Source: Rhodosorus marinus CCMP1338
Lineage: Eukaryota; Plantae; Rhodophyta
NCBI GenBank assembly: GCA_029953675.1
Contig: JAMWBK010000012.1
Span: forward strand, 682,001 to 746,000
DNA length: 64,000 nt
Direction of reading: 5' to 3'
Every line of letters begins with the position of its first letter. Within the stretch, counting starts at the first letter, position 1. Under the pieces are notes generated by a model, which worked only from the letters and a program-made list of their open reading frames with translations, did no database searches and was not told where the DNA came from. The position numbers and the translations under genes are program-made. This document shows, in pieces, positions 47,043-59,500 of this stretch.

Positions 47043-48771
47043 AAGTGAGCAATGGTCGTGTTTTGTTTTTGTTTTGTTTCTTGGACGCACGACTTGTTCT
47101 CTACTCATGAAGGCACATAGACTACCATAGATCATCTGTTTCTCATGAAATCTCCCGGTTTCGAAGAGTGCAGAGCTCTCCATTCACTTGATTGATCATA
47201 CCTGCAACCTCTAGTACGGCTCTTCCTGTTGATATTTGCTTCTAGCACTGCCAGAATATTTACAGATCTGACTAGGGTGGATATCCCACGACCACGCCAT
47301 CTTTAGAATCGCTAATGTTTCATCCTTGCGTGTTCAGTGTAGATCATTGATTGACTGGAGTGAGTGGTTTGTGGAGAGTATCGCCAAGAAACTGATGAAC
47401 CACATTTGCGAGTTGGCTCATCTGTTGCTTGTTATGCTGCTCACGTTAGAATTGGGTCAAATGCTTCTCTAAGGTTGGTTCTTACCCCTACTGTCTTCAT
47501 TTTCAGATATGTGATAATCAGAATAGGGAACATCCTAGGATTGCGTGCAGGAATCTTGCATGTGCTTTGCTTATTTGCATCAGAATCGCAAGGATCTCCG
47601 GAAATGCGGCGAGGTATGCATGTTCACGTGGTTGGTTCTGCGTAGATTGGCATTCTCTTCCGATTGTATTCCCCCCCCTCCCCCCACCCCCCCAAACCCC
47701 ACCGTTCTAATTTACTTGCTTTGGTGATCCAAGCACTTGTTTTCCATTACTATGCTTTTGAGTCTTCGCCTTGGAGAAGAAACGAATTCCCGTTTTGCCT
47801 GAGCCGTCACTGCTTCTTAAAATTGTAGATTTCTGATTTGTGGTGGTGAAAAGGCTTGTAGGCAGATGAGTCAATTGATTACCTGGCACGGTTGAGTTTG
47901 GTTGATTGTTCCCTCATCGGAGATGATTCAAATTGTGTGGTCATGCCTCCCGTGAGGGCGCGGTCAGCACGAATGCACAAAGCTCAGGAGCGACTTTCGG
48001 AGGCAAACGTAAGTGAACAATGCCCTTGTCAATGTACTCCCGGAGCACGGCGTGCCCCTATCAACTTGTGCGGGATTGGCTCAGGTAGATCCAGTCGTGT
48101 TGTGTGCTCATTGCCACCTCTTCGTACGGATGCCTGTATCGCTCGCTTGGTAAAAACCGTTGCCTGCGTGTTTTTGCCGTCTGGCAGCCGACGAAACAAT
48201 TCAGTTTCCTTTGTCGCTTGGTCTAGACGCCTGATATTTAAGTCAATTCTCCCCCGTTATCGAGGCATTTGGCCCCTCCCCATGTTGTTCCTGGCTAGCT
48301 TTTGCCTTGAGTACTGAGTTTGGTGTCCTCTTGTTGATTGTTTCCTGTTGAACAGCGCAAGCTGCTTACGTGCGGATGGTTTTTCCTTTTGACTGTGACT
48401 TGCTTTTTGCCTTCATCAGCTTTGCTTTTGTATCCGCAAACTTCTGATCTTTTTATTCTCTTTTGCTCTCATGCTTAGGCATCTGAGTCGGCTACCACAC
48501 GATAATTTGAGAGAAAGAACCTGAAACAGGTATAGTGCCGATTTGAAGTGTTGATCCTCCCGAAGTTAGCGAAATATTAAACGAGTAGCACCCGTAAATT
48601 AGGCATGTGTTGGGTTGGGCACACAGCAGCGAATACAGGTACACCGTTCCAAGCCTTCGCCCGCTAGCAGCGGTAAGTCTACTGGCTGGCTGCCTGGGTT
48701 TGATTACGTGAGCCGCCGCAAGTTGTTTCGAAGTTTGAAATCCTCGTTAACTCTACAACCGCCGTACACCC

Positions 48772-49428
48772 TCAAAGTTTTGGGTTCCAATTTTTTCGAG
48801 CAAAGACAACTTCACTCTCGCTTTGAAGCACATCGTTCTCATCAAACAGCTGAGTCTTCAGTGCTACTCGCTTCGGTTGTACGTCAGTTACTATGGAGTC
48901 AAACAGTAGCAGAGAATTGACTCTGGCCGGCCTGAAGTACTTAATATTCAAGGATACTAAAAGGCACATGCGGGAAATGCTGTTAGCAGAAGGGCTCGCA
49001 CGGTTGATGATTGCGAGGGGAGGGGCTTCAGTCATATGCTCACGTGTTGCAAAGTTGAGAGACTTTTTAGTGGTGGGCAAAGCCTTTTCTCCATACTCTT
49101 TCGCAAAATAGCCCGTTCTCAACAGCAGAAAAAGCAAGTTTCCCATCGACTGATCCATCAGTGTTGCAATGATGCCCCCATGGATAAAACCCTTAAACCC
49201 TTGAAGATTATCTCCCACCCTGACACCCCACAGCAAACGTTCGGAAGTTAACATTGCAAAACCAACCGTTTCCACCGCATCGAAGAGAAAGTTATCCTTC
49301 GCCGCGTCCATCCCTTCGATTAAGGCGATCACCTCTGGCGCCTCAGTTCCGTCACGGGCAGAAACCGCCCTTGAAAACCATTCGGAATCTTCCTCTTTCA
49401 TCTTGATACCAGAATATACTTCTTTCAT
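48772..49428 (-). CDS. Hotdog-fold acyl-CoA thioesterase (THEM4/PaaI-like); an in-frame intron is probably included in the ORF
   Basis: LQGFKGFIHGGIIATLMDQSMG and VSLNIKYFRP motifs. Confidence 0.85.
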   Translation of the reverse strand: MKEVYSGIKMKEEDSEWFSRAVSARDGTEAPEVIALIEGMDAAKDNFLFDAVETVGFAMLTSERLLWGVRVGDNLQGFKGFIHGGIIATLMDQSMGNLLFLLLRTGYFAKEYGEKALPTTKKSLNFATREHMTEAPPLAIINRASPSANSISRMCLLVSLNIKYFRPARVNSLLLFDSIVTDVQPKRVALKTQLFDENDVLQSESEVVFARKNWNPKL

Positions 49429-50192
49429 ATACTTTATTTCACTGTTAAAGCATCGATATATGCTCTCAATTCATTCCGACTAGCTCTCTGAAACCTCCAC
49501 TCCCACAGTCCACTCTCCCAGCACCAGCCCAAAACCTTGAGCCAGAAATATCTCAACTTCCACATCGGTTTTTGAACAAATGGATACAAAGAAAATTAAT
49601 TAAAATAACCGGTCTCGAAATTTTTTTTGCATACTTTCAACCCCCCCTTAATCCTAGTTCATCTTTTCTAGAATATCATTATTGCCCTTGATGGACCCTT
49701 TTCGTAGTCTTTCGGTTCTGCTCGTTAACCCCTAAGACCATTTGGTTAAAATATTTATGTTTTTTATAGTACATATATTGAATTATTTATAATTTATCAA
49801 ATGATTGTTTTTTGTTAAGCAATTCGTGTTGAGCTCTGAATCCTTCAGTTTGAGGCATTTGGGTAGTCGTCAAGGACCAGTGAGAGTTCAAAACATGAGG
49901 TGGGCGTTAAGAAGCGATGTGCAATCTGACTAGAACTGAATTTTTCCCGAGGGAATACCTCCCAGTATCTGAGAACACTCCCTTCGAAGAGGATCGCAGT
50001 TTCTGACGGCGAACGGGCGATTCACCGTTTCTGTGGATTTGGTGAAGTTCACATGTCTGGTGCCGAGGACGAGCCGCACGGCCCAACAAGGCAATCCAAG
50101 AGAATTCAAGAGGCGACTTCGGAATCCTTTGGGGCTTCACGAGGCTCCACAGCGCCGCTTTCCTATGGTTTTGAGATATTTACGTGCGCTAG

Positions 50193-50735
50193 TTAACTTT
50201 TCACTTGGAGCTTCGCTTGCGCGCGAATCATTTCTTGTATCGTTTTCTGCATATCGTCGAGCAACTGGTCTTCCGAATCAAGACTACGTTCGAGGTTGAG
50301 TTGTCCTTTTCTCAGGAGTCGGATGTTCGCTTGAGTAGCCTCAGACTTCAAAAGGTTCGACTCGCAGAGGCTTAAGAGTTTGGTAAATTTCGCTTGATCC
50401 TTCTTGAGGAGGAATGTTGCGGAAGAAATACCCTCGTCTTCCTCGATCTTCGCCTCAATCGTGTCCTGCCCCTTTAGGACACTCTTGAAATAGGAATCCA
50501 TCTCGCATAGAGTATTTCGGAGCTCTCCAAGCGCCTCATCGGAGACACTACTCCATTTTTCATCGAAGACCTGACTTCGCTCCCGAGTCTCATTCTCCAC
50601 GAGCTGCCTATGAAGCTTATCAGTCTCCTCCAGACTAGCAATCAGAGCCGTCGATTCCGACCCATCAACCAGTACACCAACAGACTCAGCACTAACGCCT
50701 AAACTTTTCAACAGATCATCCATCCTTGCTATCAT
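50193..50735 (-). CDS. Coiled-coil protein resembling augmin subunit HAUS2/AUG2 (a last short exon may follow)
   Basis: YFKSVLKGQDTIEAKI...LLKKDQAKFTKLL resembles the HAUS2 pattern L..++..KD.++ARL...+EA.YQ..F..LL (recalled, not searched). Confidence 0.45.
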   Translation of the reverse strand: MIARMDDLLKSLGVSAESVGVLVDGSESTALIASLEETDKLHRQLVENETRERSQVFDEKWSSVSDEALGELRNTLCEMDSYFKSVLKGQDTIEAKIEEDEGISSATFLLKKDQAKFTKLLSLCESNLLKSEATQANIRLLRKGQLNLERSLDSEDQLLDDMQKTIQEMIRAQAKLQVKS

Positions 50736-51936
50736 CCAGGTACCCGCCTGCCAAGTCCCGAGCAAGCGCAGACCCTCCCTCCCCGCTCACCAAAACCTGG
50801 ACGGCAGCTAAATCTCCAACGGCACAAGAAAAATTCAAAATTCAAATAGTATAGTTTATACAATACTTATACATATATAAACTTATTATGTAAAGTTTAT
50901 ACCATGTTCGGGAGCCAAGCACCAGTGGGAAGCTGGCGCCGTCCGGAACAGGATTGACATCTTGGGAAACCCAATGGGACCATTCTAGGCCCTCCCAATC
51001 CCACTCTCGAGCTCTCGAGGTGTAGTCTTTACCCTAGAACTGCTCCTGCGGGCGACAACGACGACCAAAGTCTACTCCGTCCTTCAGAGCTATTCCGTTC
51101 TCACTCCTTGGGACGTTTCTTCCAGGACCAAAAGTCCACCTTTCCAGAACGAATAGATTTCTTAGAGGTCGTCAATGTGCGTGTCAAGGAGAATTCCGAT
51201 TGTAAACCTGTCGAAGCTCGCTACGACGGACCCTGGTGCCCTAAACTGAACCGACGATAGGAGTTGGCTTGCTCAGATTCATTTGACTCCACTCCAATCT
51301 TAAATCAGTTTGTTCTATGTCAACAGAGATCTCATTCGGCCAGCTGACTGGTCATCATCACATTGTCTAAGAGAAACTTCAAGGCAATCAGATACAACCG
51401 TTACAGCCTGTCCTTGACATCCTTTCAAAAATACCGACGAGGCCGTTCAATTGGGGGGCGGACGACTGAACAGTCTCTATCAAGTCACTGCAGGTCTTTC
51501 CCAATAACCCCTTGGTAGCCGCAACTGAAAAGCTAAGATACACCGAGACCACGACGCCGTCGTTGAGCATCGTACTGGCGACCTGGTCAGGTCTCATCAC
51601 TAAAAAGTTGTTGAGGGATGCACTAGGCGCCACCCCCCCAAATGCTGAAGCTATCTCTCAACCTCGATATTCAAATTGCATTAGAGACTTTGCAAGTTCA
51701 TGGTCAGTGTCCGCGGCATTGTGGATGCCAAAGACGCTCAGGACGACGAAAGCGTCGTGAGGCCCTCTCCAAGCGGTTTGGCGAAGAAGAAACCCGCTCG
51801 CGGAAAAGTGGATTGTTTTCTGGTATCGGAAAAAAGAAGACGAAGGGAGCGTGAAAACGGTATTGTTTTTGAAGGGCGAGAGAAAAGGTTTTTTGGGTCG
51901 TCGTTGTCAAATTGGAGGAGCAGTTTTTAGGCGAGG

Positions 51937-53864
51937 ATGACGACGACGACTACAACTAGAGACTGGGAGACGATTGTGGAAGGGCTTGCAAAGGTTCAGT
52001 TCAGGAAGGGGGAGGTGTTTTATAACCCCGTTCAGGCGGTTAACCGCGACTTGTCGGTACTTGTTTTACAAGATTTCGTGCAGACTCGTCGTGCTGAGCT
52101 TGAGGAAGCTCGGAGGAAACGTGAGCTCGCTGCTGCAGCTGGTAAGGAACCAAAAAAACCATCGTCGCTGATAAGAAGATTCCATCGCTAAGCGAACTCC
52201 ATGGTGTCGATTTTTGAGCAGAGAAGAGAGAGCTCAGTGGACGTGAAAAGGCATTCAACTCCATCGCGAATGAAGGATTCACAGTTCTGGAAGGGCTGTC
52301 CGCGACGGGGTTGCGGTCGATACGGTACAAGAAGGAAATAGAGGGTTTAGGCAAGGTGATCGCGAACGACATCGACGATACGGCGTACGAGGCCATCCGG
52401 AGAAACATCGCATTGAACGATGGGGTTGAGGTGGATGCATCCATGATGGATGCAGTTGAAATCATGATGAAGCATCGCACGAAGCAGACCCAATTCCACA
52501 TCGTTGACTTGGATCCTTATGGATCAGCCTCCGTCCTCTTGGACAGCGCAGTTCAGGCCGTTGCAGACGGCGGTATGCTTTGCGTAACATGCACAGATGG
52601 ACCAGTGCTCGGTGGAAATAGCCCTGAAGTTTGTATGTACAGGTAAAACTTCAGTCTTATCTCCAGCTCAATGCGTCTGTCCCCGGCTTCGAACGGGTTT
52701 GGAATGTCAATCCCAGCCTGAAAGACTTTAACTCTCCGCATTCGCAAGGTATGGAGCGATGTCAATGAAGGGCTCTAGCTTTGTACATGAATTGGCGCTG
52801 AGGATCATCATGGCGTCGATACAACGCGACGCGAATCGATACCAGCGAGTGGTCGAGCCCGTTCTCTGCGTCTTTATCGATTTCTACTTCCGTCTGTTCA
52901 TTCGAGTTCATGACAAAAAGGTAGAGCTAAAGACGTCCCCGCTCAGAGTTGGAATGTTGTACCAGTGCTTGGGATGCTACTCGTACGAAGTACAGCCGCT
53001 GGGCGCGAAGGGGAGCAAGGTAGGAGCACACATCGATCATCGATCAGCGAGGAATGAGCTTTGGCTGAAGAGGGTTGATCCTTTTTGGGGTTGCTGCAGG
53101 GCTCCGTACGAGCTGCGAGAGTTTGCGTGGGCTCTTCCTGTCAGCATTGTGGAAAGCCATACACGATGACCGGTCCGGTTTGGATCGATCGGCTGTACGA
53201 TCCGGAGGTAGTAAAGCGATTGCACACGTCGCTTGAGGATGAGGAGGCCACCAAGTCTCTGAAGATGAAAGATCGAGTCAAGGCGCTGCTTGGAGTCGTT
53301 CTGGAGGAGCTACCGGATGTACCATTCTATTACAACATGCCAAGCATGATCCATGTATGTTGTCTGTCGTCTTAAACAACTTGTCTGAGGGAAGGGTGTC
53401 ATTCTAACCTTACTCTTCCCCGCTAGGCGCTGAATGCCAACTCGATCCCTCTTTCTGCAATGTTCGCCGCTCTGGCTTCACACGGATATCGTGTCTCCCA
53501 AGCTCACACAAACCCGAATGCGTGCAAGACGAACGCGCCGCTGGAGCTGGTATGGGATATCCTTCGCTGCTGGGTGAAGCGGCATCCGGTTCGGACTCCG
53601 CAAGTAAACTCCTCTGCGGAGGCGATCCTTAGCAAGGAGCCGACGCTTGTCCAAGTCGACCAGATCAACTTCAATGCAAAGTACTTTCCACCAGGCCGAA
53701 ACAAGGATGCGAAAGTCGCTCGGTATCCACAAAACCCTACCAAAGGATGGGGTCCAGGTACCCGAGCGACCGGGAAGAGACAGGCTGAGGATGTGAGTGG
53801 TGAGGTGGGAGAAGAGCACAAGAGAGCGAAGACCGATGATGATGCTAGAGAAGAGGCTGAGTAA
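51937..53864 (+). CDS. TRM1: tRNA (guanine-26 N2,N2)-dimethyltransferase, multi-exon
   Basis: VFYNPVQAVNRDLS, LEGLSATGLRSIRY, VIANDID, DLDPYGS, GGMLCVTCTD, HELALRI, DFYFRLFIRV, GPVW, VSQAHTNPNACKTNAP. Confidence 0.96.
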
Positions 53865-54496
53865 TGACTTCAGGACCGAGGCATCGGAGCGACCGGGGAG
53901 AGACACCCTGGGCATGTTAACGACGACAGAAGAGAGCTGGGAATGATTAAAATGGTGGACAAGAGGATGAATAATATCTCCGCGACAGGAGCACCAGCTT
54001 GGCTGGTGCTGGATTCGTAAGCGCTGAGGGGCGGTGGAAGTGATCATAGGCGGGTTGTGCGAAGTGGGTCAGGTTTTTCGCTGTTTACCCCTCTAAACCC
54101 CCCTGTTTTCGCGGGTTGTTAACCACTTCTGGATCGTAAACAGCAAAAAACCCGACCCACTTGGCACAACCCTAATCATAGTACAAGCTCCCGTAGCTCG
54201 TGCTTCTCGTGCTTGTCTGAGGACCCTTCCCCAACGTTCATCTGCTCGAGAGGAGTCAGATTGGAGCGGTTTTTAGGGGGGGGGGGCGGAGGTTTGCGTG
54301 TGTTGCTAACAAGCTTTTAATAGATATTGGATGTGAAGGTCGGGATGGCCAAAAAAGTACAAGAATTTTTTTCTTTCGTTTGTATTCTTTAATAGGCGAT
54401 CGTTTGCGTCTCCCGCAGCCGCTGCATCGATCAGGAGCGGCGTTCGCGCCATGTGATCCTCGCGATATTTACATTTTTAGATAGTACTTGTTCAAT

Positions 54497-54892
54497 CTAG
54501 CGCTTTGGGCGCGAGTCTGTGAACATCCCCGAGCATTGGGGGCAGACGATGAGGGTAGAGCCTCCACATCGACGACAAATCTCCGACCTCGGTTTACCGC
54601 GCATTACATACTGAAACTTTGAAAGCGAGCAGAGTGATAGTGCTGTTGGATTATCACCATCGACCTTTCGCCTACAGCTCGTACAGGGCACCACCCCAGA
54701 CCCGTTGCAAGTCGGACACCTCGTAGAGTTCGCCGTACAGGTCCTCACCCTGGGACGTCTAAAATACTCCGCCTTACAAGTCCGTGCATTATGCCCACTC
54801 TCACCACACCGCGAACACTTCCTCTGCAAGCTACACCTCGTCACCTCAGCCGTCCTCACAACCAACCCAACACCCACAAACCCAACCTCCAT
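54497..54892 (-). CDS. Small zinc-finger protein: CCHC knuckle plus DnaJ-type CxxCxGxG fingers; putative plastid transit peptide
   Basis: MEVGFVGVG start; CSRCGESGHNARTC; CPTCNGSGVVPCTSC; CRRCGGSTLIVCPQCSG. Confidence 0.7.
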   Translation of the reverse strand: MEVGFVGVGLVVRTAEVTRCSLQRKCSRCGESGHNARTCKAEYFRRPRVRTCTANSTRCPTCNGSGVVPCTSCRRKVDGDNPTALSLCSLSKFQYVMRGKPRSEICRRCGGSTLIVCPQCSGMFTDSRPKR

Positions 54893-57412
54893 CCCTTCAC
54901 CTCGCAAAGCGTCCAAACCAAACACCCTCCTCCTCGGCCCTCCAACGGAAACCGCTCATCATTCAAATTACTAACACACTTCACGGGACAGACTCCAAAT
55001 AACGCCCTCTCAAAAAACCAAAAAAAAACCACAGAAACTATCTCAAACCTCAAGATTCCTCTCCTATCACGGAAACCTCCCAGCGTAATTCTCTCCCCGC
55101 TCACAAACCACCCCGGAGAAACTTCCTCAGCTCCCCCACACAATGAATTGCGCTCCGGTTTCCTCTTACCCTCTCCGGAAACAAGAATGACTAGCAGTAA
55201 ACAAGTTGTACCTCAGTGCCGTTTTCACGACACACCAAAACGACTCTTCACCAGCACTTAAAAAATGAGGTACTCTTGTTGAAACGTTCTGGCTTCATGG
55301 GGATCAACCAAATCTATGTTCGGGCGGGGGGGGGGGGATGTCTTCACCTTCCCCAGGACAGTGAACAAGTGTTCAACTTCCTACGATGTCTTCCCGACGG
55401 AGATGGATGGAGTATGGATTGTCGTCAGGGTCACCTTTCCCGATTCCACCATCTCGAATACGTTGCGTCTCTTCTCGATTTCAACGTTCGTCTCTGTTCA
55501 TTCGTGCTCTTGTCAGCGTGGTATTGGCCAAAGCGGTGACCGATATAGAGGTGGGGGTGTGGGTGGCAGTGTTTGGGATGCTGCTACCCGTACCAAGTTC
55601 ACTGGCGGCCGGAGGGATGGCTGCCGATCCCCGTACCTAGAACTAGCAATGTCATAAAATGTCCGATAACGGTTTTAGGCGTGTCCGAAAATATTGATGG
55701 CATAGTCTCAAATAGAAAAAGAAAATTCACCTATATTTAGATCAAACTATTTAAGAACATGTTGAACTAGTACGTTGTAGTACAATACAAATACGTGATA
55801 TTTATTCTTTTGTTAAATATTACATATACCAATATTGGTACTAAACGTTTTTATCGGACAAAACATGACAAACCATTTCTTTTTATGCGAGAAAGGCTCA
55901 GTCAATATTAAAACTAGGTTCCAAATATTTAAATACTTCTAGTAATATTGATTGACGTTTACGGAAACGGCTTGGCATGAGAATTGAAAGGATGAAGTTT
56001 TTTTTGTTGATATGCTGATTTTTCTTCGTTGAGATGAGGAAAAATTTGTTGGTGTGTGTGGTTGGTAAATCTTGATATGAAAACGGGACAGTATCCAATC
56101 AGAACCTCCACTTCTGATGTTCAACAGCTATTTGTGGCTGATTGGAAGTTTGTTTATTAAAATATAATTCCAATATGCTGGGCGCCAGTATAAAATAAAT
56201 TTAAATAGGACTGTATATATTGGATTCGTACAAATATTATTCTTAATATTATTAATGTTTGTATTTATAGAATTAGATATATTACCATCTATTAATGAAT
56301 ACAAAAAATGGGGTCATGCGGAAAACGTTTATTCATGAAAATACGAATGCATTGCATATGTCCATGGTAAAAAGATTTCGGAAATTTATTATCAATCAAA
56401 GGTGGGATACAATATGTAGACATTTTTATTCCTTTATTGGTTATATTTATCTTATTATGAAATAAATTAATCGCTTCCCCCGTGTTAGCGAATGATATGT
56501 AATGTTGTAGAATTATTGGTTTTTTGGACTCCGCTTCTAGATTGATATGGCGATTGACTATCGGTATATGGCAGAGAGGCGGAGAGTTGGGGGGCAGAGA
56601 GGAGGCAAAGGCTCCTGCGCCTGCGGGGATGCTTTACGATCAACTTGATTGTTGGTCGCTATGCTTCCAATCTCAACCTGTTTTTAGTGCTGTTGGTGGA
56701 TTTCAGTAGCCCTTCTTCTTGATACTCGCCCGTGTTCCTTGTAGGTTGCTGGCTAGTAAAGTCCAGGTTGCTGGCCCTCGAATACGGCAGCAGACAGGAG
56801 ACGAATATGGGCTTGCCTTGCCTTGTTAGTTGGGTCATCATCGTCAATTTGATCGGAGGCTAAGGTCCCCGAATGAGGTACATAAGGATAAGCGTAGAGA
56901 CGCGGGCCTCCAAAACTAGGGTAGCATTACAGCGCCAGTAAACCAGAGAGTCAGACTCAAAGAAAGATACAGTCCGGAAAGAGCATCTCGGTGTTCCTAC
57001 TCGATCTGGTAGGTCGGGTTTTTATTACCCACAAGTAAATCAACCCACGAAAACAGGGGGTTTTAAGGGTTGGACTGGGGAATAAGTGGGCAATATAAGT
57101 GGGCAATAGGCGATTGCAGTGCGTCAGTAGGACATTTGGGAGGTGAACAATCAAATTTTGATGACTACCGAGGGTTTTTAATGTGGGCAACCGAGCAAGG
57201 TTTCAGTGGTTCATGTGGATTTTTGATTTTTGTCGGAAGTCACTTTGATGGAGCGCGGTGGGGCGCGAATTGCCCGGGTGAAGGTTTGGGCGATTGGTAA
57301 ACGGTCCGTTGACAGGCTGGGGAAGCAGTTCTGTGGAGGTCGTGATACAGAGGACAAGGTATGAGCACTAGAAACATTTTATGCACGTCAAGGTGGTCTC
57401 GTTCACCTCCTC

Positions 57413-57818
57413 GCTCCACGTGGAGCTTGCGCCAGAACTAAGTAATCTGGCGACCATGTTGATAGGTACATGCGCGCCAATGTTGCCGACTGCGTAACGT
57501 TTGTGGAAATCAGCCTCCCGCACACATACAGCAATCAGGAACAGCTTTGAAGCTGACAAATTTTTAAGATTGAAACGCTGAAATGGGGAACTAAGAAAGC
57601 TTCTTGTCAGTCGGGAGTTGCGAAGGCTGAGGATATTGTTCAAAGCAGCTTTACTGGTTCCCCACCGTTTCAATCAAAATTTGCGCTGCTTGCAATCTGT
57701 TCGTGATTGCTGTATGAGTGTGGGCCTCTAATTTCCACTCAAACCTTGCAGTTGGCAACATTGGCGCATCTACGCGGCCGCCAGATTACTTAGCTCTGGC
57801 GCAATCTCCACGTGGAGC
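57413..57818. repeat. Long imperfect inverted repeat (foldback), arms ~175-190 bp, 45-nt loop
   Basis: 57413-57601 pairs with 57647-57818. The outer 38 bp match at 36/38. Both ends carry the palindrome GCTCCACGTGGAGC. Confidence 0.9.
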
Positions 57819-58269
57819 TCCAAGAACCCGATCGCCTGGCAGGTGACATCCACTCGCCAAAACGTAGCTTGTCCAAGGCATCCGTCTGCTCGTATTATTC
57901 TGCGTGCTGATTCCGCAGTCTTCTAATCTCCTCCCTTTGCCTTTCAGGCAGACGCACACTAACAGGCGGATCAGTGTAATTCATGGCTAAGGGCCCCGAA
58001 TGATATACGCGAGGACGAGGGACTTCACCATTGATGTCAATTGTATCATTCTGGAAAACGCAATGATAGAGTTTTTCCGCCAAGTACTTCACTCTATGTT
58101 TGTCACGCTTTGTCGTTCCCTCTCAGCGCCGTCGAGGCCGAGAAGCCACGTCACATATGCCCCATCCCAAAAGGCTATAGCAATCCGATGGTTGAAGGTT
58201 CCCTATCAAACTTCCTTTCTCTTTCGGGGTTAAGGTCTCGGCTAGGGATGCCCCAGTCAGCGCGAAGGG

Positions 58270-58620
58270 CTACCCACGACCCCCCGCGCGGAAGGTAGCT
58301 GCCGCAGAAAATAGTTCAGGCGCTGGCACGCGCTGAATCTGAGCAAAGCTTTCTGGAGGTACCCCTCGGGGAGGCTGCACAGCTCATTCAGCAGCTCATC
58401 ATGTCGACTCAGGAGCGCGCGAAGGGCGCGCTCCACAAAACTCGCGGTGCCCACGGGGACACCAAATAGAATGAAACCCTCGGGACGCCAAATGTCCCGA
58501 AACCGAGAGGGAACCTGGGCCGCAGTCCACACGGGCCTCCCCAAAAGTCACACGTGGCGTGGTTTATCGACCTAGAAGAGACGCCATCTCATCCGGGGAC
58601 CTTAGCCTCTGATTAAGATG
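58270..58620 (-). mobile_element. Fragment of a second, diverged CRE-type RT (post-YxDD/thumb region)
   Basis: INHATCDFWGG...AAQVPSRFRDIWRPEGFILFGVPVGTASFVE...LPEGYLQ..LLRFSACQRLNYFLRQLP aligns with VNHHKSFYWGG...VPASFQDIWRPDGFVHLGIPYGSPSFVE...LPPGFLQ..LFRYCCSQRLTYWLRSLP of the element at 277-4182. Frameshifted. Confidence 0.85.
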
Positions 58621-59500
58621 GTGATGAATTCCGCCACCATGTGCCGGGAACTTCTTGCCGTCGATGCGAAAGGTGGACATACTTAAATAGTAACTGGCGA
58701 GCGCAGTGAGGCTGGCTTCGACTTGCAAGGAAGAGCGTAGTCGAGATCTTATCTTGCTGAGTGTTTGAAAGTGTCCAGCGTCACTTCAGGTGGTCTTGTG
58801 TTGAGACTACAACCTTTCCGCGACGTGGTTATTCTCCGTCAAAAGCCGGACTGACAAACCCCGCGTCTTTCAGAATCTTGAGTCGGTCCGCTTGCGTTGG
58901 ATTCCTCAAATTTCCTGGAGTCGATACTCCTGGGAGGTGGAGGTGGCACCAGAGAAATCTAAAGGCGGACCGATTCAAGACTCGGAAAAGACGCGTGGTT
59001 GGAGTACGGCATCGAGGTACGCCACCAAGTCTCTGGTACAGAGGTGCTCGTAGAGTGCCGAGAGATGCTCTATCACCTGGTGCGTGTCTGCCAACGCGTC
59101 GTTTCAATTCTCCCGTTAAACCCAAACCCGCGGGGCTCCGGCTACCGTCAGTCTTCAGAGGAGAGAAGGAGTCCTACCTCTCTCTTAGACCGAGAGGTGG
59201 ACGTTTCCCAATCTGACAAACTGGAAGGAAGTAATCGATGTTCTCACCGAGGCCACAGCCGCCGAGAGGCGATATGTCTCAGCAGTATTCTCGAGAGTGC
59301 GGATCCGGGTTGTCTCTCGTATCTCCGAGAATGTCCGTCTCAAGCCAGTTGATCAGTGAGCGTGGTGACTCCAACTGATGTACCTTTCGCCTGTAGACTC
59401 GAACCCGCATATAGTCAGCCGTCTCGTGGCTCCGCGGGTGATATCTATCTCTAAGCGCTCTCCTCGTCAAAGGAAGGAGCAAATGGGGTTATAAAAAGCC
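58620..59500 (-). mobile_element. Probable degenerate DIRS-like RNase H / MT-region remnant
   Basis: In order on the minus strand: INWLET (HINxLEL-like), HLPG...N..AD.L, LFLASRSQPHC (DLFASxxN-like). Many disruptions. Confidence 0.4.

Noticed and set aside
56856-56877. GCTAAGGTCCC similarity to a conserved LSU rRNA segment
   Set aside because: The flanks do not continue as rRNA; an 11-nt match is insufficient.
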